Assembly: GCA_963825525.1 (NCBI GenBank)
Contig: CAWGTN010000002.1
Location: forward strand, 960,001-1,024,000
Direction: 5' to 3'
Length of the DNA stretch: 64,000 nt
From: an uncultured Chloroflexia bacterium
Lineage (GTDB): Bacteria; Chloroflexota; Limnocylindria; QHBO01
Below, piece by piece: positions 1-10,311 of the stretch (positions are counted from its first letter, which is position 1; each line of letters opens with the position of its first letter). The notes beneath the pieces were generated by a model that was given only the letters and a program-made list of their open reading frames with translations, made no database searches and had not been told where the DNA came from. Position numbers and translations under genes: made by a program.

Positions 1-2
1 TC

Positions 3-1925
3 GGTTATGCCCTCTCCCACGCATACGGAGCCGCCTTCGACAATCCCGACCTGCTGGTCGCGTGCGTCATCGGCGACGGGGAAGCCGAGACCGGGCCGCT
101 CGCCGCGAGCTGGCACTCGAACAAGTTCATCGACCCCGCCCGCGATGGCGCGGTGCTCCCGATCCTCCACCTCAATGGCTACAAGATCGCCAACCCCGCC
201 GTACTCGCTCGAATCCCCGAGGATGAACTGCGGAGCATGCTCACCGGCTTCGGGTACGAGGTCCATTTCGTCGCCGGCGACGTGCCCGCCGATGTCCATC
301 AGCAGATGGCTTCCACCCTGGACTCCTGCCTCGACGCCATCGTCGAGATTCAACGCCGGGCACGGAGAGGCAATGGCGCTACGGGACGACCGCGGTGGCC
401 GATGATCGTGCTCCGCACACCGAAGGGATGGACCGGCCCGAAGACGGTTGACGGAACGCCGGTCGAGGGCACATGGCGCGCGCACCAGGTGCCGATGGCC
501 GACGTGCGCGACAACCCGGCCCATCTCGCCCTCCTCGAAGGCTGGATGCGCAGCTACCGGCCGGATGAGCTCTTCGACGCCGGAGGCGCGCTGCGGGCGG
601 ATCTCGCGAACCTCGCTCCGACAGGCGAGCGGCGAATGAGCGCCAACCCCCACGCGAACGGTGGCGCCCTGCTCCGCGATCTCCGTCTGCCGGACTTCCG
701 GGACTACGCCGTGACGGTCCCGACCCCCGGAGGAACGACTGCCGAGGCTACCCGCGTCCTTGGCGAGCTGATCCGTGACGTCATCACGCTCAACCCGGAA
801 TCGTTCCGCCTGTTCGGTCCGGACGAGACGGCCTCGAATCGGCTCCAGGCGGTGTTCGAGGCAACCGACAAGGCCTGGATGGCGGACATGCTGCCGGTCG
901 ACGAGCACCTGGCCCCCGATGGCCGAGTGTTGGAGATCCTGTCCGAGCACACGTGCCAGGGTTGGCTGGAGGGATACCTCCTCACAGGCCGACACGGTCT
1001 CTTCAACTGCTACGAGGCGTTCATCCACATCGTCGACTCGATGTTCAACCAGCACGCCAAGTGGTTGAAGACGACCCGGGAGATCCCCTGGCGGCGTCCG
1101 ATCGCGTCGCTGAACTATCTGTTGAGCTCGCACGTCTGGCGCCAGGACCACAATGGATTCAGCCACCAGGACCCGGGATTCATCGACCACGTCGTGAACA
1201 AGAAGCCGGACGTCATCCGCGTCTATCTTCCGCCCGACGCCAACACGCTCCTCAGCGTGGCCGATCACTGCCTGCGCAGCCGCGATTACGTGAACGTGAT
1301 CGTCGCCGGAAAGCAGCCATCGCCCCAGTGGCTGTCAATGGACGAGGCCGTGATCCATGGCGCACGCGGAATCGGGATCTGGCGATGGGCCAGCAGCGAC
1401 GGAGGCGGAGCGCCGGACGTCGTTCTCGGCTGCGCCGGGGACGTTCCGACCCTGGAGACCCTGGCCGCGGTCAGCATCCTCCGCGAGGAGCTGCCGGACG
1501 TGAAGGTCCGAGTGGTCAACGTCGTGGACCTCATGCGGCTGGTGGACGAGAAGGAACACCCTCACGGGCTGCCCGACAGCGAGTTTGACGCGATCTTCAC
1601 GGTCGATCGACCGATCGTCTTCGCGTACCACGGATATCCCTGGCTGATTCATCGCCTGACGTATCGGCGCACGAATCACGACAACCTCCACGTTCGCGGA
1701 TATCGCGAGGAGGGCACGACCACGACGCCGTTCGACATGGTGATGCTCAACGACCTCGACCGATATCACCTCGTCATGGATGTGATCGACCGGGTGCCCG
1801 GTCTCGCCGCCCGCGCGGGCCATGTGCGGCAGCTCATGCTGGATCGTCGAGTCGCGGCACGTACCCACACACGCGACCACGGCGAAGACAGCCCCGAGGT
1901 TCGCGACTGGCGCTGGAGCAGCTGA
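3..1925 (+). CDS. xfp: Phosphoketolase (XFP family), 5'-truncated by window edge
   Basis: Frame open from base 3: [20 protein letters not shown] motif [46 protein letters not shown]. Confidence 0.96.
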   Translation, partial: GYALSHAYGAAFDNPDLLVACVIGDGEAETGPLAASWHSNKFIDPARDGAVLPILHLNGYKIANPAVLARIPEDELRSMLTGFGYEVHFVAGDVPADVHQQMASTLDSCLDAIVEIQRRARRGNGATGRPRWPMIVLRTPKGWTGPKTVDGTPVEGTWRAHQVPMADVRDNPAHLALLEGWMRSYRPDELFDAGGALRADLANLAPTGERRMSANPHANGGALLRDLRLPDFRDYAVTVPTPGGTTAEATRVLGELIRDVITLNPESFRLFGPDETASNRLQAVFEATDKAWMADMLPVDEHLAPDGRVLEILSEHTCQGWLEGYLLTGRHGLFNCYEAFIHIVDSMFNQHAKWLKTTREIPWRRPIASLNYLLSSHVWRQDHNGFSHQDPGFIDHVVNKKPDVIRVYLPPDANTLLSVADHCLRSRDYVNVIVAGKQPSPQWLSMDEAVIHGARGIGIWRWASSDGGGAPDVVLGCAGDVPTLETLAAVSILREELPDVKVRVVNVVDLMRLVDEKEHPHGLPDSEFDAIFTVDRPIVFAYHGYPWLIHRLTYRRTNHDNLHVRGYREEGTTTTPFDMVMLNDLDRYHLVMDVIDRVPGLAARAGHVRQLMLDRRVAARTHTRDHGEDSPEVRDWRWSS

Positions 1926-1937
1926 GCTCGAAACCGG

Positions 1938-2468
1938 TCAGGCTGGAGCCTCTCTGGTCGATGGCGCCGGCATCAGGTTGACCTGTTCGAGCAGCCAGCG
2001 GGCGGTGGCTTGGGCCGCGGTGTGCAGCAGGACGCGATCGGCGATTCTTCCCAGCGAACCGCCCGGGGGCGCGTAGAGGCCCTCGATCATGAGCTGGACC
2101 GGGCCGATCTTCAGTTGTCCCGAGAACACCGGGAAGAGCGGTGCGGCCCCTGACGCACGCCAGCCGATCTCGGCTGCCCAACCTCCAGTACCGCGTTGCG
2201 GCGAGCCGAGATCCAGCAGGGCGGCCTTTCGGAAGGTTAGAAGGGAGCGGTCGCCCGGACCGACACGGAACCGCAGGTCGACCGCAAAACGACGCAGGCC
2301 ATTCACGGTCTCGAGCTCAGTCGCGCCCGGAAGCCACGCAGCATCCTTCCCTGTCAGGGCTGCAGCCACATCCGCGGCGTCCACCCGCAGAAGCGTCGAC
2401 ACGCGCAGCGGTACGAACTCCCCGTCGCCGACCACATCGATCGGTAGCTTGTCGACTGCTGCGGTCAT
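1938..2468 (-). CDS. Hypothetical protein, possibly SRPBCC/START-like
   Basis: ORF MTAAVDKLPID...; C-terminal GLYAPPGGSLGRIADRVLLH; fills gap between xfp and the antiporter. Confidence 0.6.
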   Translation of the reverse strand: MTAAVDKLPIDVVGDGEFVPLRVSTLLRVDAADVAAALTGKDAAWLPGATELETVNGLRRFAVDLRFRVGPGDRSLLTFRKAALLDLGSPQRGTGGWAAEIGWRASGAAPLFPVFSGQLKIGPVQLMIEGLYAPPGGSLGRIADRVLLHTAAQATARWLLEQVNLMPAPSTREAPA

Positions 2469-2681
2469 CGCTCGACCCTTCGCGTGCATGGCGCCTCCAC
2501 CCCCCATTGGCCGTGGAGCCCGATCCACGCATGCCAATTGAACCCGGTGGTGCCCCCGCCGGGCAGGGCCGAAGTGCCTGCGCACCACGGGCCATTGGGT
2601 CCCGCGGCTTGGGACCCCGGACAGGTGCCTCGTGGTCGACTGGGGCTTAGGCTGGACGCGTTCCGCTCACGAGAGCCATCC

Positions 2682-3725
2682 ATGCCGCTCATCGGGGACC
2701 TGCCACTCGCTTCGCTGGTCGCGATCTTCTTGATCTCGGCGGTCGTTGTCATCGGTGCCGGTATCGTGCTTGCCCGAAACGGCGACGCGATCGCGGTTCA
2801 CACCCGCCTCGGGGGCCTGTTCATCGGAATGCTCCTCCTCGCCGGAGCCACCTCGCTGCCCGAGCTGGCCACTGACGTGACGGCCGCGGTCGCGGGGGCA
2901 CCGGACCTGGCCATTGGAGACTTGTTCGGCAGCAGCATGGCGAACATGGCCATCCTGGCGATCATCGATCTGGTCCACCATGGCCGCGTATGGCCCGCCA
3001 CCGGCCTCGGCCATGCGCGTGTCGCGGCGATCGCGATGGCCCTCACGGCCATCCTCCTGCTGGGACTCGTCGCGCCAACCGGCATCACGGTCGGCTGGAT
3101 CGGCATCGAGCCGATAGTGGTCGTCGTCGCCTACGTTTTGGCGGCGGCATGGGTACGCCGTGCCCCCGCCGAGCTCTCGTCGTCGGTGCCGACGAACGGT
3201 GACGTTGAGCTCATCGCGCCGCTCGGATTGGAACCGAGACCCGTGTCCCGACCGATGAGGGTCCACGTGCTTGCGTTCGCGGGCGCCGCCATCATCATCC
3301 TTGCCGCGGCACCGACCATGGCGCTCAGTGCCCAGGCGATGGCGGAGCGGATCGGGGTTGCGCAGACGTTTCTCGGCGTCACGCTACTGGCCATCGCCAC
3401 CTCTCTGCCGGAGCTAGCCACGTCGCTTGCTGCCGTCCGAATCGGCGCCTACGACCTCGCGGTCGGCAACCTGTTCGGCAGCAATGCGCTCAACGCGACC
3501 ATCGTGTTCGCGGCGGACGCGGCCACGACGTCCGGTCCCATCCTCGGCGTCGTGTCCGGCAGCGCCGCCATCACGGCCGGCCTGGGAGCACTCCTCCTCA
3601 TGGCGATCGCGCTGGGTGGGGTCGCGCATGGGGCGCGCACGCGCTTCGAGCGCGGCGAGCCCGACGCCGTGCTGGTGCTCGTCACCTACGGCGTGCTGCT
3701 GTGGGTCCTGTGGAACGCCTCGTGA
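2682..3725 (+). CDS. Sodium:calcium antiporter (CaCA/YrbG family)
   Basis: Two alpha-repeats ATSLPEL...GDLFGSSMAN and ATSLPEL...GNLFGSNALN; many TM helices. Confidence 0.92.
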   Translation: MPLIGDLPLASLVAIFLISAVVVIGAGIVLARNGDAIAVHTRLGGLFIGMLLLAGATSLPELATDVTAAVAGAPDLAIGDLFGSSMANMAILAIIDLVHHGRVWPATGLGHARVAAIAMALTAILLLGLVAPTGITVGWIGIEPIVVVVAYVLAAAWVRRAPAELSSSVPTNGDVELIAPLGLEPRPVSRPMRVHVLAFAGAAIIILAAAPTMALSAQAMAERIGVAQTFLGVTLLAIATSLPELATSLAAVRIGAYDLAVGNLFGSNALNATIVFAADAATTSGPILGVVSGSAAITAGLGALLLMAIALGGVAHGARTRFERGEPDAVLVLVTYGVLLWVLWNAS

Positions 3726-6340
3726 CGTCGCCGCACGCGCGAGGCGCGGACGCGGTTCTTACCGCCCTTGGCACATCTCCGGATGGCCTGTCCAGCGCCG
3801 AGGCCGCGATCCGGCTCGAGCGACACGGCACGAACGAGCTGCGCTCCGTCCCGGGAGTCCCTGCCTGGCGCCTGGCGCTCGACGAGGCGCGAAACCCCCT
3901 CGTGCTCGTCCTCGCCGGCGCGATCATCGTGCTCATCGCGCTGAGCCTCATCGAGCCGGCCGAGTCTCGCTGGGGTGACGCCGGGCTCATCGCGGCGATC
4001 GTCGTGCTGAACGGCGGTCTCGGGTTCATCCAGAACTACCGAGCGCAGCGGGGCATCGAGGCGTTGAGGGGGCTCGAAGCGCCATCCGTCGGAGTCCTGC
4101 GCGACGCACGGCTGGTGGTGGTCGAGGCCACCCGGCTGGTGCCGGGTGACGTTGTCATGGTCGAGGAAGGCGACCGGATTCCCGCGGACGGGCGGCTGAT
4201 CCGTGCGCATGATCTGTATGTCGACGAGGCGTCGCTCACCGGCGAAAGCCTCCCCACGGCCAAGGCATCCGACGCGCTGGCGCTCGAAACGCCGCTCTCG
4301 GAACGGCGCGACATGCTCTACATGGGTACGTCGGTAGCGAGCGGCCGCGGCCGTTTCGTGGTGACCGCCACCGGGATGCGCTCGGAGATCGGCAGCATCG
4401 CGGAGGCCATGCAGGCGGCTGAAGACGGTCCCACGCCGTTCCAGCGCGAGGTAAACGAGCTTGGACGGCGCATCACCGGCATCGTCCTCGTACTGATCGC
4501 GATCATCGCCGTGCTCCAGCTCACGGTGGGTGGGCGCGACCCGCTCGAGACGTTCATCACGGCCGTGGCACTCGCGGTCGCGGCCATCCCGGAAGGGCTG
4601 CCCGTGGTGCTGACCCTGGCCCTGGCGTTCGGCACGCGACGGATGCTCGAGCGCCGCGCTCTGGTGCGGTCGCTGCCGGTGGTTGAGATCATCGGCGCCG
4701 CGGACCTCATCTGCACGGACAAGACGGGCACCATCACCGAGGGCCGGATGAGCCTTCGCCGCCTTGCCTGGCGCGGAGGCGTGCTCGAGGTCACCGGCGC
4801 AGCGGACGAGGCCGTCGGCGAGTTCGTGGCGGATGGGCGCCCCACCGACCAGCGCCAAAACCTGGCGCTGCTTGCCGGTGCGGCGTGCAACAACGCACAG
4901 CGAGCGGACGGCGGCGGCTTCCGTGGCGATCCCACCGAGGTCGCGCTCCTGATCGGTGCGATGAAGGCCGGCGTCGACCTCGAGCCGTTCGAACGCGTCG
5001 ACGAGATCCCGTTCTCGTCAGAGCGCAGGCGGATGAGCGTGGTTCTCGAGGGAGCTGCGGGACAGATGACACTCGTCAAGGGCGCACTCGAGGCGATTCT
5101 GCCGCGATGTATCCAGATCGATGCACCAGAGGGCGCTCGCCCCTTGACCGACGACGACCGCCGCTGGATTGCTGACGCCAACGAACTGCTGACAGGCGAG
5201 GCGTTTCGGGTGCTCGCCCTCGCCGGGAAGGCGGCGGCCGCGTCTGAGCGCGATGAGATCGAGCGCGACCTCGTCTTCTACGGCCTGGCCGGCATCGCAG
5301 ATCCACCGCGTCAGGCGGCTGGCCCGGCGCTGGCGGCCGCCGCACGAGCCGGCGTGCGGGTCGTGATGATCACCGGTGACAACCCGCGAACGGCAGAGGC
5401 GGTTGGCCGGGAGATCGGCCTTCGGGGAACAGTCATCGAAGGTCGGATGCTCGAGGGGATCGACGACGACGAGATCGTCCGACGGGGCAGGATCTTCGCC
5501 CGCGTGGAGCCCGGCCACAAGCTGCGCATCCTCAACGCCTTTCGTCGCCGTGGACACGTCGTCATCATGACCGGCGACGGCGTGAACGACGCACCGGCGC
5601 TCAAGGGCGCGGATGTCGGCATCGCGATGGGCGCACGCGGCACGGACGTCGCACGCGACGCGGCCGACATGGTGCTGCTCGACGACAACTTCGCGACGAT
5701 CGTGGCGGCAATCGAGGAAGGGCGCCGCATCGCTGCCAACATCAAGAAGTTCCTCAACTACCTGCTCACCGGCAACCTTGCCGAGGTCATCGTCATCCTC
5801 GTCGCATCGCTGTTCGGCATGCTGCCCATCACGGCGGTCCAGATCCTGTGGATCAACCTGGTGACCGACAGCGGACCGGCGATTGCGCTGGCCGTCGATT
5901 CGCCGTCGCCGCGACTGATGGATCATCCTCCGCGTCGTGGAGCGGTCATCGGCCGCGCCATGCTTGCGCTCGTCGGCGGCGTGGGATCGGTCATTGCGGC
6001 CATCGTTCTTGCCACCTTCTTCATCGGCCGTACGCTCTTCGATCTACCGACTGCCCAGACACTGACCTTCACCGCCCTCGTGGTGCAGGAGTACCTCCGC
6101 CTGGTCGTGATCCGGGTGCACGAGGGTGCCCCGCTGTTGGCGAACCGATGGCTGGTCGTGGCGGTTGTCGTGAGCCTGGCACTGCAGCTCGTCCTCCTCT
6201 ACTCCCCGCTCGGGGAGCTGTTCGGAGTCGTGCCGCTTGGCGCGGGTGCATGGGGCCTGATCGTCGCCGGCGTGGTCATCGGTTTCCCTGCCGCCCTCCT
6301 CGTGACCCGGCTCGTTCGACGCCTGCTCGGTCCTCTCTGA
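3722..6340 (+). CDS. Cation-transporting P-type ATPase (type IIA, Ca2+-like)
   Basis: [40 protein letters not shown]; GTGA overlap with upstream gene. Confidence 0.95.
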   Translation: MTSPHARGADAVLTALGTSPDGLSSAEAAIRLERHGTNELRSVPGVPAWRLALDEARNPLVLVLAGAIIVLIALSLIEPAESRWGDAGLIAAIVVLNGGLGFIQNYRAQRGIEALRGLEAPSVGVLRDARLVVVEATRLVPGDVVMVEEGDRIPADGRLIRAHDLYVDEASLTGESLPTAKASDALALETPLSERRDMLYMGTSVASGRGRFVVTATGMRSEIGSIAEAMQAAEDGPTPFQREVNELGRRITGIVLVLIAIIAVLQLTVGGRDPLETFITAVALAVAAIPEGLPVVLTLALAFGTRRMLERRALVRSLPVVEIIGAADLICTDKTGTITEGRMSLRRLAWRGGVLEVTGAADEAVGEFVADGRPTDQRQNLALLAGAACNNAQRADGGGFRGDPTEVALLIGAMKAGVDLEPFERVDEIPFSSERRRMSVVLEGAAGQMTLVKGALEAILPRCIQIDAPEGARPLTDDDRRWIADANELLTGEAFRVLALAGKAAAASERDEIERDLVFYGLAGIADPPRQAAGPALAAAARAGVRVVMITGDNPRTAEAVGREIGLRGTVIEGRMLEGIDDDEIVRRGRIFARVEPGHKLRILNAFRRRGHVVIMTGDGVNDAPALKGADVGIAMGARGTDVARDAADMVLLDDNFATIVAAIEEGRRIAANIKKFLNYLLTGNLAEVIVILVASLFGMLPITAVQILWINLVTDSGPAIALAVDSPSPRLMDHPPRRGAVIGRAMLALVGGVGSVIAAIVLATFFIGRTLFDLPTAQTLTFTALVVQEYLRLVVIRVHEGAPLLANRWLVVAVVVSLALQLVLLYSPLGELFGVVPLGAGAWGLIVAGVVIGFPAALLVTRLVRRLLGPL

Positions 6341-6425
6341 GGCGCGCAGGATGGGCCGGATCGGCCCATCCACGGTGGGCCGTTCGGCAGATGCCCGACC
6401 GTCCATGTGCTGCCACCCTCGAGCC

Positions 6426-7424
6426 ATGATGACCACACATCACGCTCCATCACACCCGGTGACCTCGTGGGCACCGAAGGCACGACCAGTGAAGGTGCTA
6501 CTGGCCCTCGACGGCTCGGAAGCGTCGCTCACCGGCCGCGATCTCGTCGCCAGCCTGGACTGGCCAAGCGAAAGCACAATTCACCTCGTGACCGGGTATC
6601 ACGTCCCGGTGGACTGGACCGGCGGCGTCGGGGCAACCATGGACTGGATCGGCGACCTCGAGGACCAGTATCGTGACGAGCTGGTCGACGAGCTGAAGAC
6701 GATGGCCGAACCACTGGTCGAACGCGGACTTGCCACCGTCCCGCACGCGATCCGTGGCCGGCCGGCAACCGTGATCGTCCAGGCCGCCCGTGAGCTGGAC
6801 GTCGACCTGGTCGTGATCGGCTCCCGCGGCCACGGCAGGCTCCATTCGATGCTCCTGGGGTCCGTGGCCACCGAGGTGTGCACGGATGCGCCATGCTCCG
6901 TCCTGGTGGCGCGGTCGGGGTCAGCACGGCGAGTGCTCGTTGCCACTGATGGGTCCGACACTGCGCGGGCGATCCCGCATCACCTTGCGACGTTGGGCAT
7001 CTTCGAGGACCTCCCGTGCGATGTCGTGTCGGTGCTGGTCCGGGATCCGGGCCTGTTCCAGTTGTTCACCGGCCTCTACACGCTCGGTGATGATCGACTT
7101 CGCCGCATGCGCGAGGGACTCGAGGAGCAGCGGCAGGCGGCACTGGACAGTGCGATCGGTGACCTCGCCGCAACTGGCGTTGCGGCGACACCCCACGCGG
7201 CGGAGGGAGACCCGGCGCACGAGATCATCGCGATGGCCGAGCAGTGCCGGTCCGACCTCATCGTGACCGGCGATCGGGGGCTGCGCGGTCTGGAACGGAT
7301 GGTCCTGGGGAGCGTCGCGCGCAACCTCCTGACGCACGCGACCGCCTCGGTGCTCGTGACACGTCCTGACCTGCAGGCGGCGCCGTCTGCAGGCCGAGCA
7401 GCCCACGTGGGAGCAATCCGATGA
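6426..7424 (+). CDS. Tandem-domain universal stress protein
   Basis: Two USP domains: ALDGSEAS...GSRGHG..LLGSVA and ATDGSDTA...GDRGLRG..LGSVA. Confidence 0.93.
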   Translation: MMTTHHAPSHPVTSWAPKARPVKVLLALDGSEASLTGRDLVASLDWPSESTIHLVTGYHVPVDWTGGVGATMDWIGDLEDQYRDELVDELKTMAEPLVERGLATVPHAIRGRPATVIVQAARELDVDLVVIGSRGHGRLHSMLLGSVATEVCTDAPCSVLVARSGSARRVLVATDGSDTARAIPHHLATLGIFEDLPCDVVSVLVRDPGLFQLFTGLYTLGDDRLRRMREGLEEQRQAALDSAIGDLAATGVAATPHAAEGDPAHEIIAMAEQCRSDLIVTGDRGLRGLERMVLGSVARNLLTHATASVLVTRPDLQAAPSAGRAAHVGAIR

Positions 7425-8158
7425 AGATTCGGGACGTGATGACCGATGCGGTGGCGACCGTCTCCCCGGAAACGACGCTTCATGAGGTAGCCCAGGTGCT
7501 GACCGACCGGCGGGTGTCGGGGTTGCCGGTCGTGACCAGCGATGGCACGTGCGTCGGCGTGATCTCGGAGGCCGACCTCATCGCGAAGCAAGCGGGACCG
7601 CAGACGGCGCGCCGAAGGCCCCTGGATTGGATTCTCGGCGAGTCGCCGGACCCCGAACAGCAGCGACGCCGCGCAGCCACCACCGCGAGCGAGGCCATGT
7701 CCTCGCCGGTCTTCACGGTGGAAGCGGATCGCCCGCTGCGGGATGCCGCGGACCGAATGGTGGCAAGTCACGTCAACCGTCTCCCTGTCGTCGACAACGG
7801 CCGGCTGGTGGGCATCGTGACGCGCGCCGATCTCGTGCGAGCCTACCTGCACATGGACGAGGAGATCGAGCATGCCATCCGCGATGACCTGCTCGATCAC
7901 ACGATGTGGCTGGATCCGTCGCGCTTCCGGATCAACGTGCGTGAGGGCCACGTCACCATTCGGGGTACCGTCGACCGACGGTCGACCGCAACCATCGTCG
8001 CCAAGCTCATCGGCCTGCTCGACGGCGTGGCCGATGTGACGAGCGAGCTCGCCTGGGAGCTCGACGACTCGAAATTCGGGCCGCCGATGGCCGGGGAGCG
8101 GGAGCCGGGCGCCGCGTCGATGTCTTCACGCGAACGTCCACGCGCCAGCCACCGCTGA
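7421..8158 (+). CDS. CBS-pair plus BON domain protein
   Basis: IRDVMT, VSGLPVV, VNRLPVVDNGRLVGIVTRADL; C-terminal BON-like VREGHVTIRGTV. Confidence 0.9.
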   Translation: MKIRDVMTDAVATVSPETTLHEVAQVLTDRRVSGLPVVTSDGTCVGVISEADLIAKQAGPQTARRRPLDWILGESPDPEQQRRRAATTASEAMSSPVFTVEADRPLRDAADRMVASHVNRLPVVDNGRLVGIVTRADLVRAYLHMDEEIEHAIRDDLLDHTMWLDPSRFRINVREGHVTIRGTVDRRSTATIVAKLIGLLDGVADVTSELAWELDDSKFGPPMAGEREPGAASMSSRERPRASHR

Positions 8159-8207
8159 CGCTGGGTGGCCGCGCCCGAACCACTTGGCGCGGTACGCTCG
8201 TCTTCCA

Positions 8208-9302
8208 ATGCGGGTACTTGTCCTCAACCCCGGCTCCAGCACGCTCAAGGTGAGCGTGATCGGGCCGCCAGCGGACGCCTCGGCCACCAGCACGCTCGAG
8301 TGGCCCGTCGACGAGCCGGGCGCCGCCAGGGTGCTCGACCGAGCGATCCAAACGCTGGAGACCGAAGGGGTGACTGCGGTCGGGTATCGGGTCGTCCACG
8401 GCGGCCCTGACCATGTTGAACCGGAACCGGTCAGCGCCGAGCTGATCACGGCCGTGGAGGGCCTCGATTCGCTCGCGCCGCTCCACAACCGCCGCGCGGC
8501 CGCCGTCATGCGGGCGGGATTGAGCCAACTGGCTGAGTTGACTCACATCGCCTGCTTCGACACCGCGTTTCACGCCGACCTCCCGGATCAAGCTCGCAGC
8601 TACGCAATCCCGACCAAGTGGGTGGCGGCGCACGGCATCCGTCGCTTCGGCTTCCACGGGCTGTCGGTCGCATGGTCGACGCGCCGGGCGTCGGAACTCC
8701 TCGAAGCCCCGACCGGCGGCCTCGCGCTGGTGATCGCCCACCTCGGGTCCGGATGCTCGGTCACCGCGGTGCTCGACGGCCGATCGATGGCCACCAGCAT
8801 GGGCATGACGCCCCTGGAGGGCCTGGTGATGGGGACCCGCTCGGGTTCGATCGACCCGGGAGTCATGATCCAGCTGCTGCGCGGTGGGATCGACGTCGAT
8901 GAGCTTGCCGAGGGTCTGTCCGAGCGCTCGGGCCTGCTGGCGCTCTCCGGGGAGGCGCGCGTCGAGGCGCTGGAGCGTCGAGCAGAGAGCGGTGATGGGC
9001 GCGCCGAGCGCGCTCTCGCGATCTTCGTCCAGAGCGCAGCGGCCGGGATCGCTGCCGCTTCCACGATGCTTCCCCGGCTCGACGCCCTGATTTTCACCGG
9101 TGGGGTCGGCGAGAACTCGCCGACCGTGCGGGACGCCATCGTGGCGCGCCTCGGATCGATGAACGTCCCGTCGCGTCTCGAGGCTCGACGCGGCGATGCG
9201 ATCGTTGCCGCCGGGCCGCCGGCGGTTCTCGTCGTCGGCGCCCGCGAAGACCGCGTGATCGCCGACGCGATCGCCCAGTACCTCGCTGCCGGCCGACCCT
9301 GA
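8208..9302 (+). CDS. ackA: Acetate kinase
   Basis: VLNPGSSTLK, GYRVVHGG, LAPLHN, FDTAFH, FGFHGLS, HLGSGCS, GTRSGSIDP, FTGGVGENS. Confidence 0.95.
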   Translation: MRVLVLNPGSSTLKVSVIGPPADASATSTLEWPVDEPGAARVLDRAIQTLETEGVTAVGYRVVHGGPDHVEPEPVSAELITAVEGLDSLAPLHNRRAAAVMRAGLSQLAELTHIACFDTAFHADLPDQARSYAIPTKWVAAHGIRRFGFHGLSVAWSTRRASELLEAPTGGLALVIAHLGSGCSVTAVLDGRSMATSMGMTPLEGLVMGTRSGSIDPGVMIQLLRGGIDVDELAEGLSERSGLLALSGEARVEALERRAESGDGRAERALAIFVQSAAAGIAAASTMLPRLDALIFTGGVGENSPTVRDAIVARLGSMNVPSRLEARRGDAIVAAGPPAVLVVGAREDRVIADAIAQYLAAGRP

Positions 9303-9512
9303 GGGCCAGAACGGAACGGACAGGAGGCCATTGGGCCGCTGGCGGCAAGGGACTGCCGCGCCGAGCTCTCCTGGTGTGATCGTCGGTGACCGCCGGCCGG
9401 GTCGGGACCTTCGGCACGCATGATCGGGCCGGAAGGCCGTCGATCCGCCCGCACGCCGACGACATGCTGACCAGGCAACTTGACTTCAGACCCCACGGGA
9501 AAGGAGAGCCCG

Positions 9513-9929
9513 ATGACGCTCATCACCAACGAGCTCCGCGTCGCTGACCTCATGACCATCGATCCGATCTCCGTCCGCTCGGATGCCGGGATCGAAGAAG
9601 CCGAACAGCTGATGCGCGACCATCGCATCACGGGCCTGCCGGTCGTGGATGACCAGGAGCACCTGGTCGGCGTCATCAGCCAGACCGACCTGCTGTACCT
9701 GGCCATTCCCAGCGTGCGCTCGCTCATCCGTCATCGCGACCCGAAGGTCCGCGTCGGCGAGGTCATGAGCACGCCGCCGGTCACGATCGATGACAGCGCG
9801 ACACTCCGAGACGCAGCGCGCCTCATGCACCAGGAGCGCCTGCATCGGCTCGTGGCGGTCGACACACATGGGCGTCCCGTCGGTGTGATCGCCGCCATGG
9901 ACTACGTCGCGCTGGCTGCGGATTCCTGA
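9513..9929 (+). CDS. CBS domain protein
   Basis: AAGGAG RBS; two CBS motifs (VADLMT...GLPVVD; VGEVMS...HRLVAVD). Confidence 0.9.
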   Translation: MTLITNELRVADLMTIDPISVRSDAGIEEAEQLMRDHRITGLPVVDDQEHLVGVISQTDLLYLAIPSVRSLIRHRDPKVRVGEVMSTPPVTIDDSATLRDAARLMHQERLHRLVAVDTHGRPVGVIAAMDYVALAADS

Positions 9930-10047
9930 GGCGAGGACCACATCGCGCGAAGCGCGCGCCAAAGCCGAACGGCCCGCCCCACGTGGGAATGTCCCGCGTC
10001 GAGGGGTCCGCTCGTTATCCAACCCCCGATACGCGAGGACCATCACC

Positions 10048-10311
10048 ATGCAACAGCCCTATGCCACCGACGAGGTCGAGCGGATCGCGCGCGTCCTCGG
10101 CGTTGAGCGCGAAGTCGACCTTGAGCAGCTGCGACGCGGCATGAGCGTGGAGCTCGAGCACGGCAGGCGCGACCCGCTCACCAACGTCACCGACGACGAC
10201 CCGCTGATGACGGCGAAGATCGCCCTCGCGCACCTTCGCGAGTTCCCGGACTACTACGACCGCCTTGAGCGGATGGAAGCCGAAGGCAGGGTTGATGCCG
10301 GCTCTCGGTGA
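10048..10311 (+). CDS. Small conserved protein (DUF5661-like)
   Basis: GMSVELEHG...TAKIALAHLREFPDYYDRL motif; GAGGA RBS. Confidence 0.8.
   Translation: MQQPYATDEVERIARVLGVEREVDLEQLRRGMSVELEHGRRDPLTNVTDDDPLMTAKIALAHLREFPDYYDRLERMEAEGRVDAGSR

Noticed and set aside
6350-6370. GATGGGCCG-GAT-CGGCCCATC hairpin as intrinsic terminator
   Set aside because: No U-tract; could equally be a variant of the adjacent regulator box
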